A stretch of 64,000 nucleotides of DNA from Epithemia pelagica (taxonomy: Eukaryota > Protista > Bacillariophyta), in contig OX337242.1 of assembly GCA_946965045.2 (NCBI GenBank), forward strand, positions 992,001-1,056,000, written 5' to 3'. Positions 12,367 through 22,811 of this stretch are shown here, piece after piece. The notes beneath the pieces are model-generated. The model made no database searches, had not been told where the DNA came from, and saw nothing but the letters and a program-made list of their open reading frames with translations. A program made the position numbers and the translations under genes. Each line of letters starts with the position of its first letter. The first letter of the stretch is position 1.

Positions 12367-14061
12367 TCAGTCAAGTCGGAATGGATCGTGTATCCAGAGG
12401 TTAACAAAATACTTTTCTCCCTCAATGACGGGCATCGCTGCGTGTTGTGTCAAGTCATCCAAGTTGCCGTCGGGGTTCACCATATAGAATATCACAGCCT
12501 TTCCTTTCTCCGGTTTTACATTGATGGCCTCACCAGTTTCAGCGTTGCGCCACCTGGGAAATGATGTTTCTCCGCCTGAAGGAACGTCGTTCAGGTACAT
12601 GCACAAGTTAATGGAACGGCTGGGACTGTCTGGGTGGTTGTCGCGAGGGAAACCAAAATCGTGATGTGCCGTGTACTCTTGGCCAACATCGTAATGTACT
12701 GTTTGTAGATCCTCGTTGATGGGAGCCTTGGTGGGAAAGTCTGGTAATTCGGATTCCTCTCGCCGACGAAGTAACGCTTCATCAAGGCGAAGAACATCAG
12801 CCGCTCGTTGGTATACCGTGTTGAGCACCATATTTCGATGTCGTGGAATCCAGGTGCTACGACTGGTCCGTGTGTTTGAGATATGGCCTGTCCCGGATTC
12901 TCCCGTGCTGGAGCGAGACATTGATTGCTTCTTGACCAGGTTAAGGATGTGATCCACTTCAACTTCCGAAAGGAAATCCTTGATTTCAAAGGCCCGAGGA
13001 GCACAAGACACGGCCTTGATAGTCAAGTTCAAAGTTCCAGAGTCTCGATAATCGGCCAGTGGCATTGGTTCAGAATAGTTTCTCCGCATTTCGTCGATTG
13101 AGAGAGTGTGCTCTGTGATCTCCGCTCCAGGATCTGTGTGAAATTGAGTTTCTCGGGTGACAACTTGATGTTCTTGTCCAAAGAAATCAGCTCTCCACAT
13201 CTTGTGACGTGGTTTGTTTCGGGGGTACATGGAAAGCCATTCCGAACCACCCGTGAAGTTCTTGTACAAGGCCGCAAACGCAAAATTGAACTTGTGGGCT
13301 CGATACTTTTCTCTGGCATCGATCGGCAAATCATCCAAATCACGGGCATCAGTGCCTTCGGGGGGAACACAGCGAGCTGGATCAAAGGTCTCGTCGTCGT
13401 TGGGAAGAGTGTAGGGATCATAAAAGTATACGGATGTTCCTTTTCGCACGACAAAAGTACAAATCGGATTGTCCGGTCGTTTGGGATGGACAAAGACAAA
13501 TTTATGTCCCGGATGAGTGGCAGTGCCCCCCGAAGACCAGGCTGGAATAACGGAACTGATGGGGGAGTTTCCCTGTGGACCGACCCAGTACAGGGCGACA
13601 GGTTCTGGACTCAAGTTTACAAACTTTCCTGCTTGTCCTTGAAACAAGGGCTTTGCTTCAGTCATGGTGCCTGGTTCTTTGCCATAAAAAGTTGCAATAT
13701 CCGCGCGGACATATGCTTCAAAGTCTATTCCAGGCATCATCTTGAGCATTGGGTCCTTGTCGTCTTCTTGACTTACAATGGTTTCGGACAAGGTTAAGTT
13801 GGCTTGAAAGTTGGCTTGGTCCTGGAAGTCATTCAGAGTAGCTCCCTCATATTCAATGGTCTGGTGCTCTAACTTGCACTCCTCGTTGTCGTTGGTGTCG
13901 CACGTGGTCAGCAAGTCTTCGGCGGCCTCTGGGACGTGATGAGAGATGGAAGTCTGAGCATCGAATCCATTGACATGATGGATGGGAAGACAGAACTGAA
14001 CAAATATGATGTTGCACAGCGTTGCCACTAGCGGCAAAAGGAGATAGGAATTAGCTGTCAT
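12367..14061 (-). CDS. Prolyl 4-hydroxylase (2OG-Fe(II) dioxygenase) with signal/anchor sequence and a VHL-beta-like domain
   Basis: N-terminal hydrophobic segment. Catalytic domain PRAFEIKDFLSEVE...RTS...DLQTVHYDVGQEYTAHHDF...NLCMYLNDVPSGGETSFP...HAAMPVIEGEKYFVNLW carries the HxD...H triad and the 2OG-binding Lys. Confidence 0.9.
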   Translation of the reverse strand: MTANSYLLLPLVATLCNIIFVQFCLPIHHVNGFDAQTSISHHVPEAAEDLLTTCDTNDNEECKLEHQTIEYEGATLNDFQDQANFQANLTLSETIVSQEDDKDPMLKMMPGIDFEAYVRADIATFYGKEPGTMTEAKPLFQGQAGKFVNLSPEPVALYWVGPQGNSPISSVIPAWSSGGTATHPGHKFVFVHPKRPDNPICTFVVRKGTSVYFYDPYTLPNDDETFDPARCVPPEGTDARDLDDLPIDAREKYRAHKFNFAFAALYKNFTGGSEWLSMYPRNKPRHKMWRADFFGQEHQVVTRETQFHTDPGAEITEHTLSIDEMRRNYSEPMPLADYRDSGTLNLTIKAVSCAPRAFEIKDFLSEVEVDHILNLVKKQSMSRSSTGESGTGHISNTRTSRSTWIPRHRNMVLNTVYQRAADVLRLDEALLRRREESELPDFPTKAPINEDLQTVHYDVGQEYTAHHDFGFPRDNHPDSPSRSINLCMYLNDVPSGGETSFPRWRNAETGEAINVKPEKGKAVIFYMVNPDGNLDDLTQHAAMPVIEGEKYFVNLWIHDPFRLD

Positions 14062-14648
14062 ATTGTACTTGGATGGTAATGGTAATGAATTTATGATTCG
14101 AAAAGTGGGAAGTGAGAGCTGGGCGTGTTGCAAGAACCGAACCAGTCACTGGAAAGACTCGGGTCTTTACGAGTACGACCCGAACAACTAGACGGATCTT
14201 GTTGCTTCTTCTTCCTTTGTAGAGGGTTGATCATTGATCATTGCTAACGGTGGATTGGATGTTGCCTCGATTCGGATCATGGTTCCTCGTTTGGACATCA
14301 GTTCGGGTTTTGCCTCGCTCAAGAGTTCGGATTGGGGTATCTTTCGAGCCGGGCGGATTGGGGGCATAGTTGTAATCATTCCCGTATGGGTACACTCTGC
14401 TTCTGGTTTCTGCTTGGGCGTGATCGTTCATTCGGTTTCAAAATGACCGTTGATCGTTGATCCGAACTCAAATAATATCCCAACCAACAACTAACACGAA
14501 CATCTTCTTTGGGGGTCGAATCCTGCGAAGACTCATTTCTCAGGGCCCCCGTAATCATCACCCCCACTGACTGACAGACAGCTGACAGACGGACGGCCTC
14601 CATCCATTCCCACTTTTCGATTTTCGAGATCGGAAAACCAGGGAGACC

Positions 14649-15062
14649 ATGGCGTCCCAGAAATCGCTCGATGCCTTGGCCATGACCGACAAAGCGTTGA
14701 AAGAAATCGATTTGAGATTGAGACCTTTTCTACGAATGTTGTCGCCAAGCAGTGGAATTGACGATCCTAATCGCCTTGCAGTGGCTCGCACGGCGGTGGC
14801 CTTGTCGTTGGGCACCTTGCGATACATGGGAAATCGATTGCGTGGCTCGGCACAAGGGAAGGATCCCAAAGACCCACTGCGCTTGGAGCTGAATCGTATG
14901 CGTCAGATTCTGGTGCAAGTCCAAAAGAAGCAACAGCAGCCATCTCCAACAGCCGGCCTCAAACGTAAAAAACCCGATGATGCTTCGGCGAGCTCAGAGA
15001 AAGACGCTCCTGAAAATGTCAAAAACAAACCTGCTTCTAAAACCAAACGGTACAAATCTTAA
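14649..15062 (+). CDS. C1D: C1D/Rrp47 family nuclear exosome cofactor
   Basis: Small basic protein. A...VALSLGTLRYMGNRLRG...DPKDPLRLELNRMR matches the Sas10/C1D pattern (AY.LNSL..M.L...G.DP..H....EL.R.K). Confidence 0.7.
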   Translation: MASQKSLDALAMTDKALKEIDLRLRPFLRMLSPSSGIDDPNRLAVARTAVALSLGTLRYMGNRLRGSAQGKDPKDPLRLELNRMRQILVQVQKKQQQPSPTAGLKRKKPDDASASSEKDAPENVKNKPASKTKRYKS

Positions 15063-15438
15063 TCCGTTAATATCCAATCTCTTGAGATGTTGGTAAACTG
15101 TCGTCTCGTTATCTTGTTTGAAGAGTCCCGAAAATGTGATCAGGTTCAATTTGTGGAGGTGTTGAACTCTGAATGTTGCGGCTTTGATGCTGCGCCCAGT
15201 TTCCTTCCATGGAAGAATCTGTCTGAAACTCGTTTTCTATTTGACAAAAAAGATGAATCGATAGATGAGAACCTTGGGTTCAGCATTTCATTTCTAAGAT
15301 GTCACAATTCGGAAAGAGAAACTCAATCGTGGTGGTTATCAAGACCTACACAACGACATGTAAGTCTCTTGACGAAGCAAAGCAAAACCAGAGGAACTCT
15401 ATTTTGTATTAAAAAATAAAATAATGATACCTAAGACT

Positions 15439-16494
15439 TTAAACAAACGATGACCGTGCATCCGGCAAACCAACCGCCTCTACAGTTTCGTCAGCGATTT
15501 TTGCCGAATATGCTTCGTCAAATTCACCTTCGTCCGTTGTACCTGCTGGTCGTATTGGACGGGCTCGCCGTTTGGCCATTCCTTGTTCATCTCCAGCATC
15601 ATGAGCCTTCCGTTTCCCACCACTTTCATAGTCGTCGTCTTCCGCCACGACGCCGCTGAGCTTTTGCCATTTCTTGAAGCAACTTAAACGGCTTCGTTTG
15701 CCCATGCGTTTACTTATTTTCGACCATGGAATTTGAATCCCCTTTTCTTCCACAATCCTTCCCACTTCTTTCATATCGGTATGAACACCTATTCCCACTT
15801 GTTCTCTTATTAAGAGTTTGAGCATTTCTGTTTCGTGTTCCTTCCATCGACCCTTGACATACTCATCCGACATTTCACGATACTTGTCCCGACATGAATC
15901 CGCACTGCGGTTGAGCTTCCCTTGAATGGTAGACCATTTCTTTCCCAGACGCGCCACAAGCTCAACCAAGGTATTGCATTCCGCTTCGCTCCAACAACCA
16001 CGCTTGAAAGGGTGCATGCGACGAATGCCGTGACGGTACACAGACTGCACGCTGCGATGAGGAAGACGCTTAGCGATTTCCATCCAAGCGCCTTTCAACT
16101 CAGCCTTGTGATCACACTCCGAGCATAGGCGAGCAGTGGAGATCTGTTTGGCGGCACAAAACTCCTCCACACTTTTGCGAACAAGATCCGACTCTTCTTT
16201 AGAAAATTTACCCGATTGTTTGACAACAGGAACTCCAAATCCGTTCTTATTCCATTTATTGAATTCCTTTTCATCCTCAACTCCTGGTACATCAACTGCA
16301 TCTATCACACCAGCAGCATCCTCCACCACTGGTGTTGCTACGTGTGGTAACACATTAGCTGCATTATCTGAAGCTGCAGCAGCGGCTGCTGCAGCCGCCG
16401 CTGTCAAAGAGGCATCTGTGAATGCAACATCGTCTTCTCCGCCTTGCGCAATTACATTTCCCGCTTCCGGCGATGGCAAATCTTGGGCACTCAT
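15439..16494 (-). CDS. Myb-repeat DNA-binding protein of the Reb1/TTF1/DMTF1 type
   Basis: GKFSKEESDLV, WMEIAKRLPHRSVQSVYRH, GCWSEAEC...WSTIQGKLNRSADSCRDKYR, GRWKEHETEML...IPWSKISKRMGKRSRLSCFKKW. Confidence 0.8.
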   Translation of the reverse strand: MSAQDLPSPEAGNVIAQGGEDDVAFTDASLTAAAAAAAAAASDNAANVLPHVATPVVEDAAGVIDAVDVPGVEDEKEFNKWNKNGFGVPVVKQSGKFSKEESDLVRKSVEEFCAAKQISTARLCSECDHKAELKGAWMEIAKRLPHRSVQSVYRHGIRRMHPFKRGCWSEAECNTLVELVARLGKKWSTIQGKLNRSADSCRDKYREMSDEYVKGRWKEHETEMLKLLIREQVGIGVHTDMKEVGRIVEEKGIQIPWSKISKRMGKRSRLSCFKKWQKLSGVVAEDDDYESGGKRKAHDAGDEQGMAKRRARPIRPAGTTDEGEFDEAYSAKIADETVEAVGLPDARSSFV

Positions 16495-16916
16495 CTAGTA
16501 GCGGTCGAAGGGTCAAACGGAAACCGCCGGGTCCTCTTCTCTTGTCACTCATGGACACCCGGATTGAATTGGGTGAACGCGGACTTCGTCACTCGTTACT
16601 CGTTGCTCGTTGCAGCTGCTTGCGGTGCACGGTCGGCGGAAGGGAGCCCTGAAAAGTGCCTGTGGGAATGTGGTCAGTGCCTAAGGTTTTTCTTCGACGT
16701 ACAGACGACTCCTGACGAGAACGAGAGTCGCGGAAGGCAAAAGTGACAAGAAGCAATAAGATCCGTTGGTTTCCAATCTTTCCGATGTCCAAAGGAAAAA
16801 GGTGGTCATACCTCACACCCCTGTCTGTTTGCTTTGTGCGTGCATCAAGTAAGCCGTGATATCATCGATAAGTCTTTGATCTTCGATTCTGCATCCATCG
16901 CGACGACGAAAGCATC

Positions 16917-18277
16917 ATGGGATCTTCGATGACCAACTATCCGTTCCTGATTGGTCACGCAGCGATTCTCGGTATCTGGGGACTATCTCAGTATGTTTAC
17001 ATTCCTTATCCGGTGCACCTTCTGAGTTTGGTGACAGCCATTCTCTATGTCAGTTGCCACCAGTCTCTTACGTTGGCGCCTCATGTGCATGAAACACTTG
17101 TCAAGCATGCTTCTTCGCCTGCTGCAATTGAACCTCGTGAAACATTACGAAAAGAAGATGCCTATCAATTTCCTATTGTTGGCAGCTGTGCCTTGTTTGG
17201 TCTGTACCTGGCATTCAAGTACCTTGACAAAGATCTGGTGAATCTGTTGATCGGTCTTTACTTTTCAGTTGCTGGTGTCATTGCAATGACAATAACCTTC
17301 ACCCCATACTTGGAGGGGATCATCATGGTCCCCAATCGCAGCTTTGGCTGGGTTTGGACTGTTCGTCACTCCCTGCCAGAATGGTTAGGCGGTCCGTCCC
17401 CTTGGGACCTTGGCGTGGAGCTGACGTTTTCCCACGTCTTGTCTCTCTTTGTCGCTCTTATTGTTATCACGCTGTACTTCACGAGCGAGAAAGCTTGGTT
17501 CCTAAACAATATACTTGCGATTAGCTTTTGTCTGCAGGGTGTACGGAATTTCAGTGTCGGAAGCTTTCAAATTGCTGCAATCCTTCTGGTTGGACTCTTC
17601 TTTTATGATATATTTTGGGTAAGTAACCTTGGTTCTCAGCACCTGCTTAGTATCTGCTGACCACATTTTGATGACTGCTCATCTTAATCAATACTTTCCC
17701 TTGTCGGTTTGCTGGGTCCCTTCTGCTTGTATTTTTGTCGTTTTGGTGATATGAAAATTTGCAGGTCTTTGGCACGGAAGTCATGGTGAAAGTGGCCACC
17801 AATCTTGACGGACCCATCAAAATCCTTCTTCCCCGCGAGTCGATCGAGAAGGATCCTGAAACAGGTCGGTTGAACCTCTCACTGTTGGGGTTGGGTGACA
17901 TTGTTATTCCTGGATTCTTTCTTGCCTTAATGCTACGTTTTGATTTCCATCTGTGGATCGGACGTCAAGCATCATCGTCACCAAAAGGAATGTTGTATGA
18001 TGCGATGGCGATCGAACACACTCCTTTCCCCAAGCCCTACTTTCACTCCACCTTGATTGGATACGTTTTGGGCCTCGGGACCACACTTTGGGTCATGTTC
18101 CAATTCAAAACAGCCCAACCCGCTCTATTGTACCTTGTTCCTGCCTGTCTGGGGACATCATTTGGATGCGCGGCGCTACGTGGTGAAGTAAAGGCCTTGC
18201 TTGAATATTCCGAAGAAGTTCCCGAGGAGCCAATGGATGAAGCCGAAATCAATGTTGAAAAGAGCAAAGATGACTGA
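16917..18277 (+). CDS. SPP: Signal peptide peptidase (A22B intramembrane aspartyl protease, H13-like); 2 exons
   Basis: YD motif (FFYDIFW|VFGT across intron 17619-17764), LLGLGDIVIPG and QPALLYLVP motifs, multiple TM segments. Confidence 0.93.
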
Positions 18278-18548
18278 GAGCGAGGAGGTCATTGCAAGCA
18301 ATGGACTGGCCATATTGGTGAAACCTGGTCGTTGGATCATTCGTATAATACTTAGAGAGATGGGCGGGCAATATTGTGGCATAGAATGGACATAATGCGA
18401 TACACAACAGATTTCCCTTAATGTTTGTCTAGTATGATGGACCAAAATCGTGTGTCAGCTTTGCTTTGAAGTTAACATCAAAGCATGAAGCAAACGTTGC
18501 AGTAAGGCGTATATGCGTCTCGAATATTCCTCAAGGCATAGATGAGAG

Positions 18549-19293
18549 TTAGGAGCTGTCGGAAGTCTCGTCGTCAATACCGCTTCCCGGCAGCAATTGA
18601 CGAATGTTTTCGGGCACAGGAATCCGGCGTTGTGCCGAGGTCAGTAAAAGATATCGTGATCCCATCTTTCGAAGTTGAGTTTCCGTGTGTTGCATATTGT
18701 TAGTTTTGATATCTCGAAACATGGATCCGTAATCGTCGCCCCATTTGGTCATGCATCTGGCAATATACGCTTCGTCGTCTTTCGACAAAGGAAACAAACT
18801 TTTATGGCTTGGTTTGTCCGATTCTGGAATATCAAAGAGTTCCACCACTGTCTCCTTGGTTTGTTGGATGGGTGTCGAACTTTGGTGAGATTTATGTATA
18901 TCATTCGGCAGGGCCAACAAACCCATACTCGCCAAGTTTGCCGAGGGAGACTTGGTCGTGTCCCAATGCTTTCTTACTCGCTTATCCCCAAACTTTGGGT
19001 TAGGATTCCATCTCGTCCAAGTACGAGTCTGCATATGAGAGCATCAGTCGGATCAGCACGACGCGAAGATAAGGAGATTTGATGAGATGTTACAAAGCAA
19101 CAGACGTTATTAACCGTACTCGGACTTGGCTTCCGCAGACTTCAAACTAACAGCAAAGAGACTTGACTACGAAGAAACCTGTTGTTCGACCAGTGAGCGG
19201 CTGGCCGCAAAGTGCCCATGCTTGACTCACCTTGAGCTTGACTTTTCCTATCCTTCCAGCGCGTCGTTTTCTGTCTCTTCCGTGGCGAACCAT
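18549..19293 (-). CDS. NOP16: Ribosome biogenesis protein Nop16; 2 exons
   Basis: Exon 1 MVRHGRDRKRRAGRIGKVKLK (19231-19293), then intron 19029-19230 (GTGAGT..ATGCAG). Exon 2 contains WDTTKSPSANLASMGL and YIARCMTKWGDDYGSMFRDIKTNNMQHTETQLRK. Confidence 0.8.
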
Positions 19294-19483
19294 ACTCGCT
19301 CCGAAACTGACCGTAGGTGAATTAGAAGTTGCCTCGAACGATACAGACTCTTGTTTGCTTGTTCGTTGAGTGAACGACCGCTTGTTTCACTTCACTGCTG
19401 CGATCGCCGATCATGGGCGGTGTGGGTGTATTGTATGGTTGTGTGTGGTATGGTGGGTGGTAATTCTACATCCGCTCCGCGGA

Positions 19484-19635
19484 GTGGGGAGGCACGAGGA
19501 GGGGCTATTGACTCCGAGAAGGGCAATAGCTTCGAGAAGTGGACCGCCTTCTAAATCCGCGTCAGCGGATTTGGCGGTCCACGACGAGGAGCTATTGCCC
19601 GCCGAGGAGTCAATAGCCCCGACAAGTGCCCCCAC
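19484..19635. other. Rod-like imperfect inverted repeat (about 150 nt); candidate structured RNA or cruciform
   Basis: Five stacked stems: 19484-95/19626-35, 19501-14/19607-20 (14 bp perfect), 19521-31/19590-600, 19539-48/19573-82 and 19553-60/19565-72, with a GTCA loop. The structure is seen directly; its function is unknown. Confidence 0.6.
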
Positions 19636-20142
19636 GACCAGGAGGGGATGTCGCTTGCTTCTATAAACTCCGAGTCCCCCCCTAATTAACTGTCACACTT
19701 TTTTCCCAGGACTGTTTTTTTTGCTCCGCACTAGCTTTTTTAGCTCCGCACTTGCTCGCGTATGAGAGCGCGGCCGTCGTGGGCAATATAAGGCTATATT
19801 AGACGAAAATCCTACTTCCATTCCGAGGAGCTATAGTAGTGGTGGACTGAAACGTGGGCGATCTTCGAGCGTCTCAAACGCGACCTTTTTGATCCTAACG
19901 GTCTCCCCGCAAGATTTTTGCGATGACCATGATGAAAATCCTGTGAGAATGAGATGATGGCAAAGAACTTTGGTTCCCACAATACCTTCCCTCACCTTCC
20001 CTCCCCTATCTCTTATATTGTTCGGCAAGTAGTCGTTCTATTTGATCTGTGAGACTTTTGTAGAGGTTTGAAAGCAACAGCTGCAGACCCTCCTCCCCAC
20101 ACAATAAGTGATATACACATCGCAACAACGCTGTGGGCGATC

Positions 20143-21909
20143 ATGAAGCGGTCATTGCGCTATGTGATTAGCATCCTATCCGTTTTCCTACTGGTTCTTC
20201 TAGCTCTTCCGATGCTATTTTCGAAGACCTCACGACAAGACGACGTCTCTAAGTGGCATTCTGCGCCAAGTACGGCAGCTCCCGAAATTTCCTTGACACC
20301 TGGTGAGATGCCCGGATATACTGGATGGGGCCGTCCCGAATTCACCTTGGCTGGATTCATGGAACTGTTGGGATCATCAAACGGTGAAAGTCAATGGACA
20401 GTGGAGGCGGGAAAGCAGTGGGAACAGTATTTTCAATGTAGTGGTCATCCACTATGTGTTCGTCACAGTCCTACACCGACTCAAGAGAATCACAATTCCT
20501 GGTTCTACGTACGAGCCTATGGACCCTCTGTCATCACGGGACGTGTAGAAGTTGTGGATTCGTATCCACGAGACGTCAAAACGGGGTCAAGTTCCAGCAA
20601 GAATTGGATGTATCGAGTCGTTTTAGAGCCGTTCGATCCAGGCACTTATTTGGTGGAAGTGGTTGTCACCTTTTCCGAACCACCTTCGTTGGACTATTTC
20701 CCACTCGAAAGACACGAGAAAGAAGCAAGGTTACAACAATCCACGAGTCAGATAAAGGCATTCACACAGCGGGAGGTGCACAAACTCTACGAAGGGTACA
20801 TGATCAAGGGGTTTCCACGAATCTTGGAAGTCGTCCCTTACAGGAGCAAAGAAAATTCCAAAAACTCTCTTTCCCAGACCTCAATTTGCGACATTGAACA
20901 TTTGATTGTAACTGGGGTGAATGATGGAATGTCACAAGGGCGGTGGAAAGTAACGGATATGGTACGACAAGCTCATCATACCCAGAAAGCAAGCGAGTTG
21001 AATCAAGTTTCCCACATGGATTATCAATACTCATGGAATAGTATTGGGGTCGCCATGGACTTCGAGTTTCGAGACTGCCGTCTGTTGCCACTGCCTTCAG
21101 AGACGCTCAATCCTTTTCGTGTCTGTAGCCACACGGAGAACAACGGGCTACGGTCACAGCCCGATCTTCACATTATCATGATTGGTGATAGCGTCATGCG
21201 ATGGCAGCACGATCTGCTTGTCAATAACATTATCCGAGGCATTTCAACTATCCAAGTCGACTTCTATGAAATTTACGGGGGCTACTTTCTGACACAGTTG
21301 GTCAATGGGCCAAAACTGCGGCCTATTCTTTCACGGCCATCCTCAGCCAAGAAACGAGTGATTCTTTTCAACACCGGCTTACACGACATTCATCGGTTAT
21401 GTGCACCGGAATATGCTACCGAGCGAAGAACTTACTTTACCAAAGACATGGAAGCTTCTTCTTGTGCATCCTTGTACAAGATGGCCATATTGGATATGGT
21501 GGATGCTATCCAACAGAGTGTTGTACATGATGGAACAAACCGTCAACAAACTATCGCCATTTTCCAAACGACCACTGCAGCATGGCCAAAGTACGGAAAT
21601 TATGGAGTGAGCTGGGATCCTCGCTGTGGACAACCACTGCCTCTCGATTCTGGTTTCGTAAAGGAGTTCAATCGCATTGCCTTGGACGCATTGCGGCCTT
21701 TGCTTGCCCATTCTCATGGACGCTACGAAGGAAACAAGCTTGTCTTTTACGCGGTGGACGCCTACTGGATTTCGTTGGCTCGACCAGATAATCGAGAGAT
21801 TGACAAGGAGTCTCATATTGGAAAGAAACTTTCACATCCAGGACTCGAGGTGTTGCTCAGTATAGTCCGAGTATGGAGCATGCTTGTACTCAGAATTGCT
21901 TGTCCATGA
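20143..21909 (+). CDS. Type II membrane protein with an Ig-like region and SGNH/PC-esterase-like domain (NXPE-like)
   Basis: N-terminal TM anchor; beta-rich YRVVLEPFDPGTYLVEVVV; SGNH-type blocks IIMIGDSVMR, ILFNTGLHD and C-terminal SHP. Confidence 0.55.
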   Translation: MKRSLRYVISILSVFLLVLLALPMLFSKTSRQDDVSKWHSAPSTAAPEISLTPGEMPGYTGWGRPEFTLAGFMELLGSSNGESQWTVEAGKQWEQYFQCSGHPLCVRHSPTPTQENHNSWFYVRAYGPSVITGRVEVVDSYPRDVKTGSSSSKNWMYRVVLEPFDPGTYLVEVVVTFSEPPSLDYFPLERHEKEARLQQSTSQIKAFTQREVHKLYEGYMIKGFPRILEVVPYRSKENSKNSLSQTSICDIEHLIVTGVNDGMSQGRWKVTDMVRQAHHTQKASELNQVSHMDYQYSWNSIGVAMDFEFRDCRLLPLPSETLNPFRVCSHTENNGLRSQPDLHIIMIGDSVMRWQHDLLVNNIIRGISTIQVDFYEIYGGYFLTQLVNGPKLRPILSRPSSAKKRVILFNTGLHDIHRLCAPEYATERRTYFTKDMEASSCASLYKMAILDMVDAIQQSVVHDGTNRQQTIAIFQTTTAAWPKYGNYGVSWDPRCGQPLPLDSGFVKEFNRIALDALRPLLAHSHGRYEGNKLVFYAVDAYWISLARPDNREIDKESHIGKKLSHPGLEVLLSIVRVWSMLVLRIACP

Positions 21910-22079
21910 GGCCAGAGTCTTACGCAGCGACGGCAGTTTGCCGATGAGAGCACTATGGGGGTGACGACGCATGCAATGCAAATTTTGATTATTTAATCAT
22001 GTACCAGTACTCAATAACAAACAACAATCGTAGTGGGAATTGCGTATCCTGAACAACCTGTGAGAGTGAAATAGGTTGA

Positions 22080-22811
22080 TTAGAGTCCCAGAGCTACGGC
22101 AGCGCCCAATCCGGCCGCAATGTGTCCAACAAGAGTAGGTGGGGCTACAGCAAAAGACGACGGGCTTGGATTGTTGTTCTCTTCGTCTGTAATTGCCTGA
22201 ATATCTGCTGATGTGCAACCCAAGACTGTAGTTCCAGTACATGCCGTGCTTCCACAGCTGTTGGTGTCCTCGTTACAGCACGACAAGAAGGCCCCATTGC
22301 AAAAGTTGTAGCAATCACATCCTGGGTCAGGAACTGGAAGGTTGTTGGTCATGATCCCGGGACACAACTCCCTGCTCTGCTTCTGGGGACAATCATAGGC
22401 TTGAGGTGCAGGGGTGGGGACAGGGGCTGCCGTGGGAAGAGGAGTCGTTGTAGCACATGGTTCATTGGTCCCAGTTTCCACACAGGTGCAATCAGAAAAG
22501 CAATAAGCCACACAGTTTTCTCCAATACATCCAGCCAGTCTCAGCTCGTCATTGGGTGATTCAACAGTCCACAAAGTTCCGGCAGCCTGTTCATTGAAAG
22601 CCCCACCGATATCAATGGCATTCTGATTGTATTCCGACCGGTCAAAACCACACCGAGAACCAGTTGTTTGGCATTGGAACGACGACGTCTTCTTAAACTG
22701 AAAGAACTGGAGATTATTCAAAGCCCCAGGACCCAGCGGGTTTGTGTTCGCTGTCGCGACGCTTCCAAGCAAGAAGAAAACCGTCAAAAACAAGGAAGAA
22801 GAGGAAAACAT
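22080..22811 (-). CDS. Secreted Cys-rich protein with a Pro/Thr linker and hydrophobic C-terminus (possible GPI anchor)
   Basis: Signal peptide MFSSSSLFLTVFFLLGSVATA; two Cys clusters separated by TTTPLPTAAPVPTPAP; tail SPSSFAVAPPTLVGHIAAGLGAAVALGL. Confidence 0.7.
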   Translation of the reverse strand: MFSSSSLFLTVFFLLGSVATANTNPLGPGALNNLQFFQFKKTSSFQCQTTGSRCGFDRSEYNQNAIDIGGAFNEQAAGTLWTVESPNDELRLAGCIGENCVAYCFSDCTCVETGTNEPCATTTPLPTAAPVPTPAPQAYDCPQKQSRELCPGIMTNNLPVPDPGCDCYNFCNGAFLSCCNEDTNSCGSTACTGTTVLGCTSADIQAITDEENNNPSPSSFAVAPPTLVGHIAAGLGAAVALGL

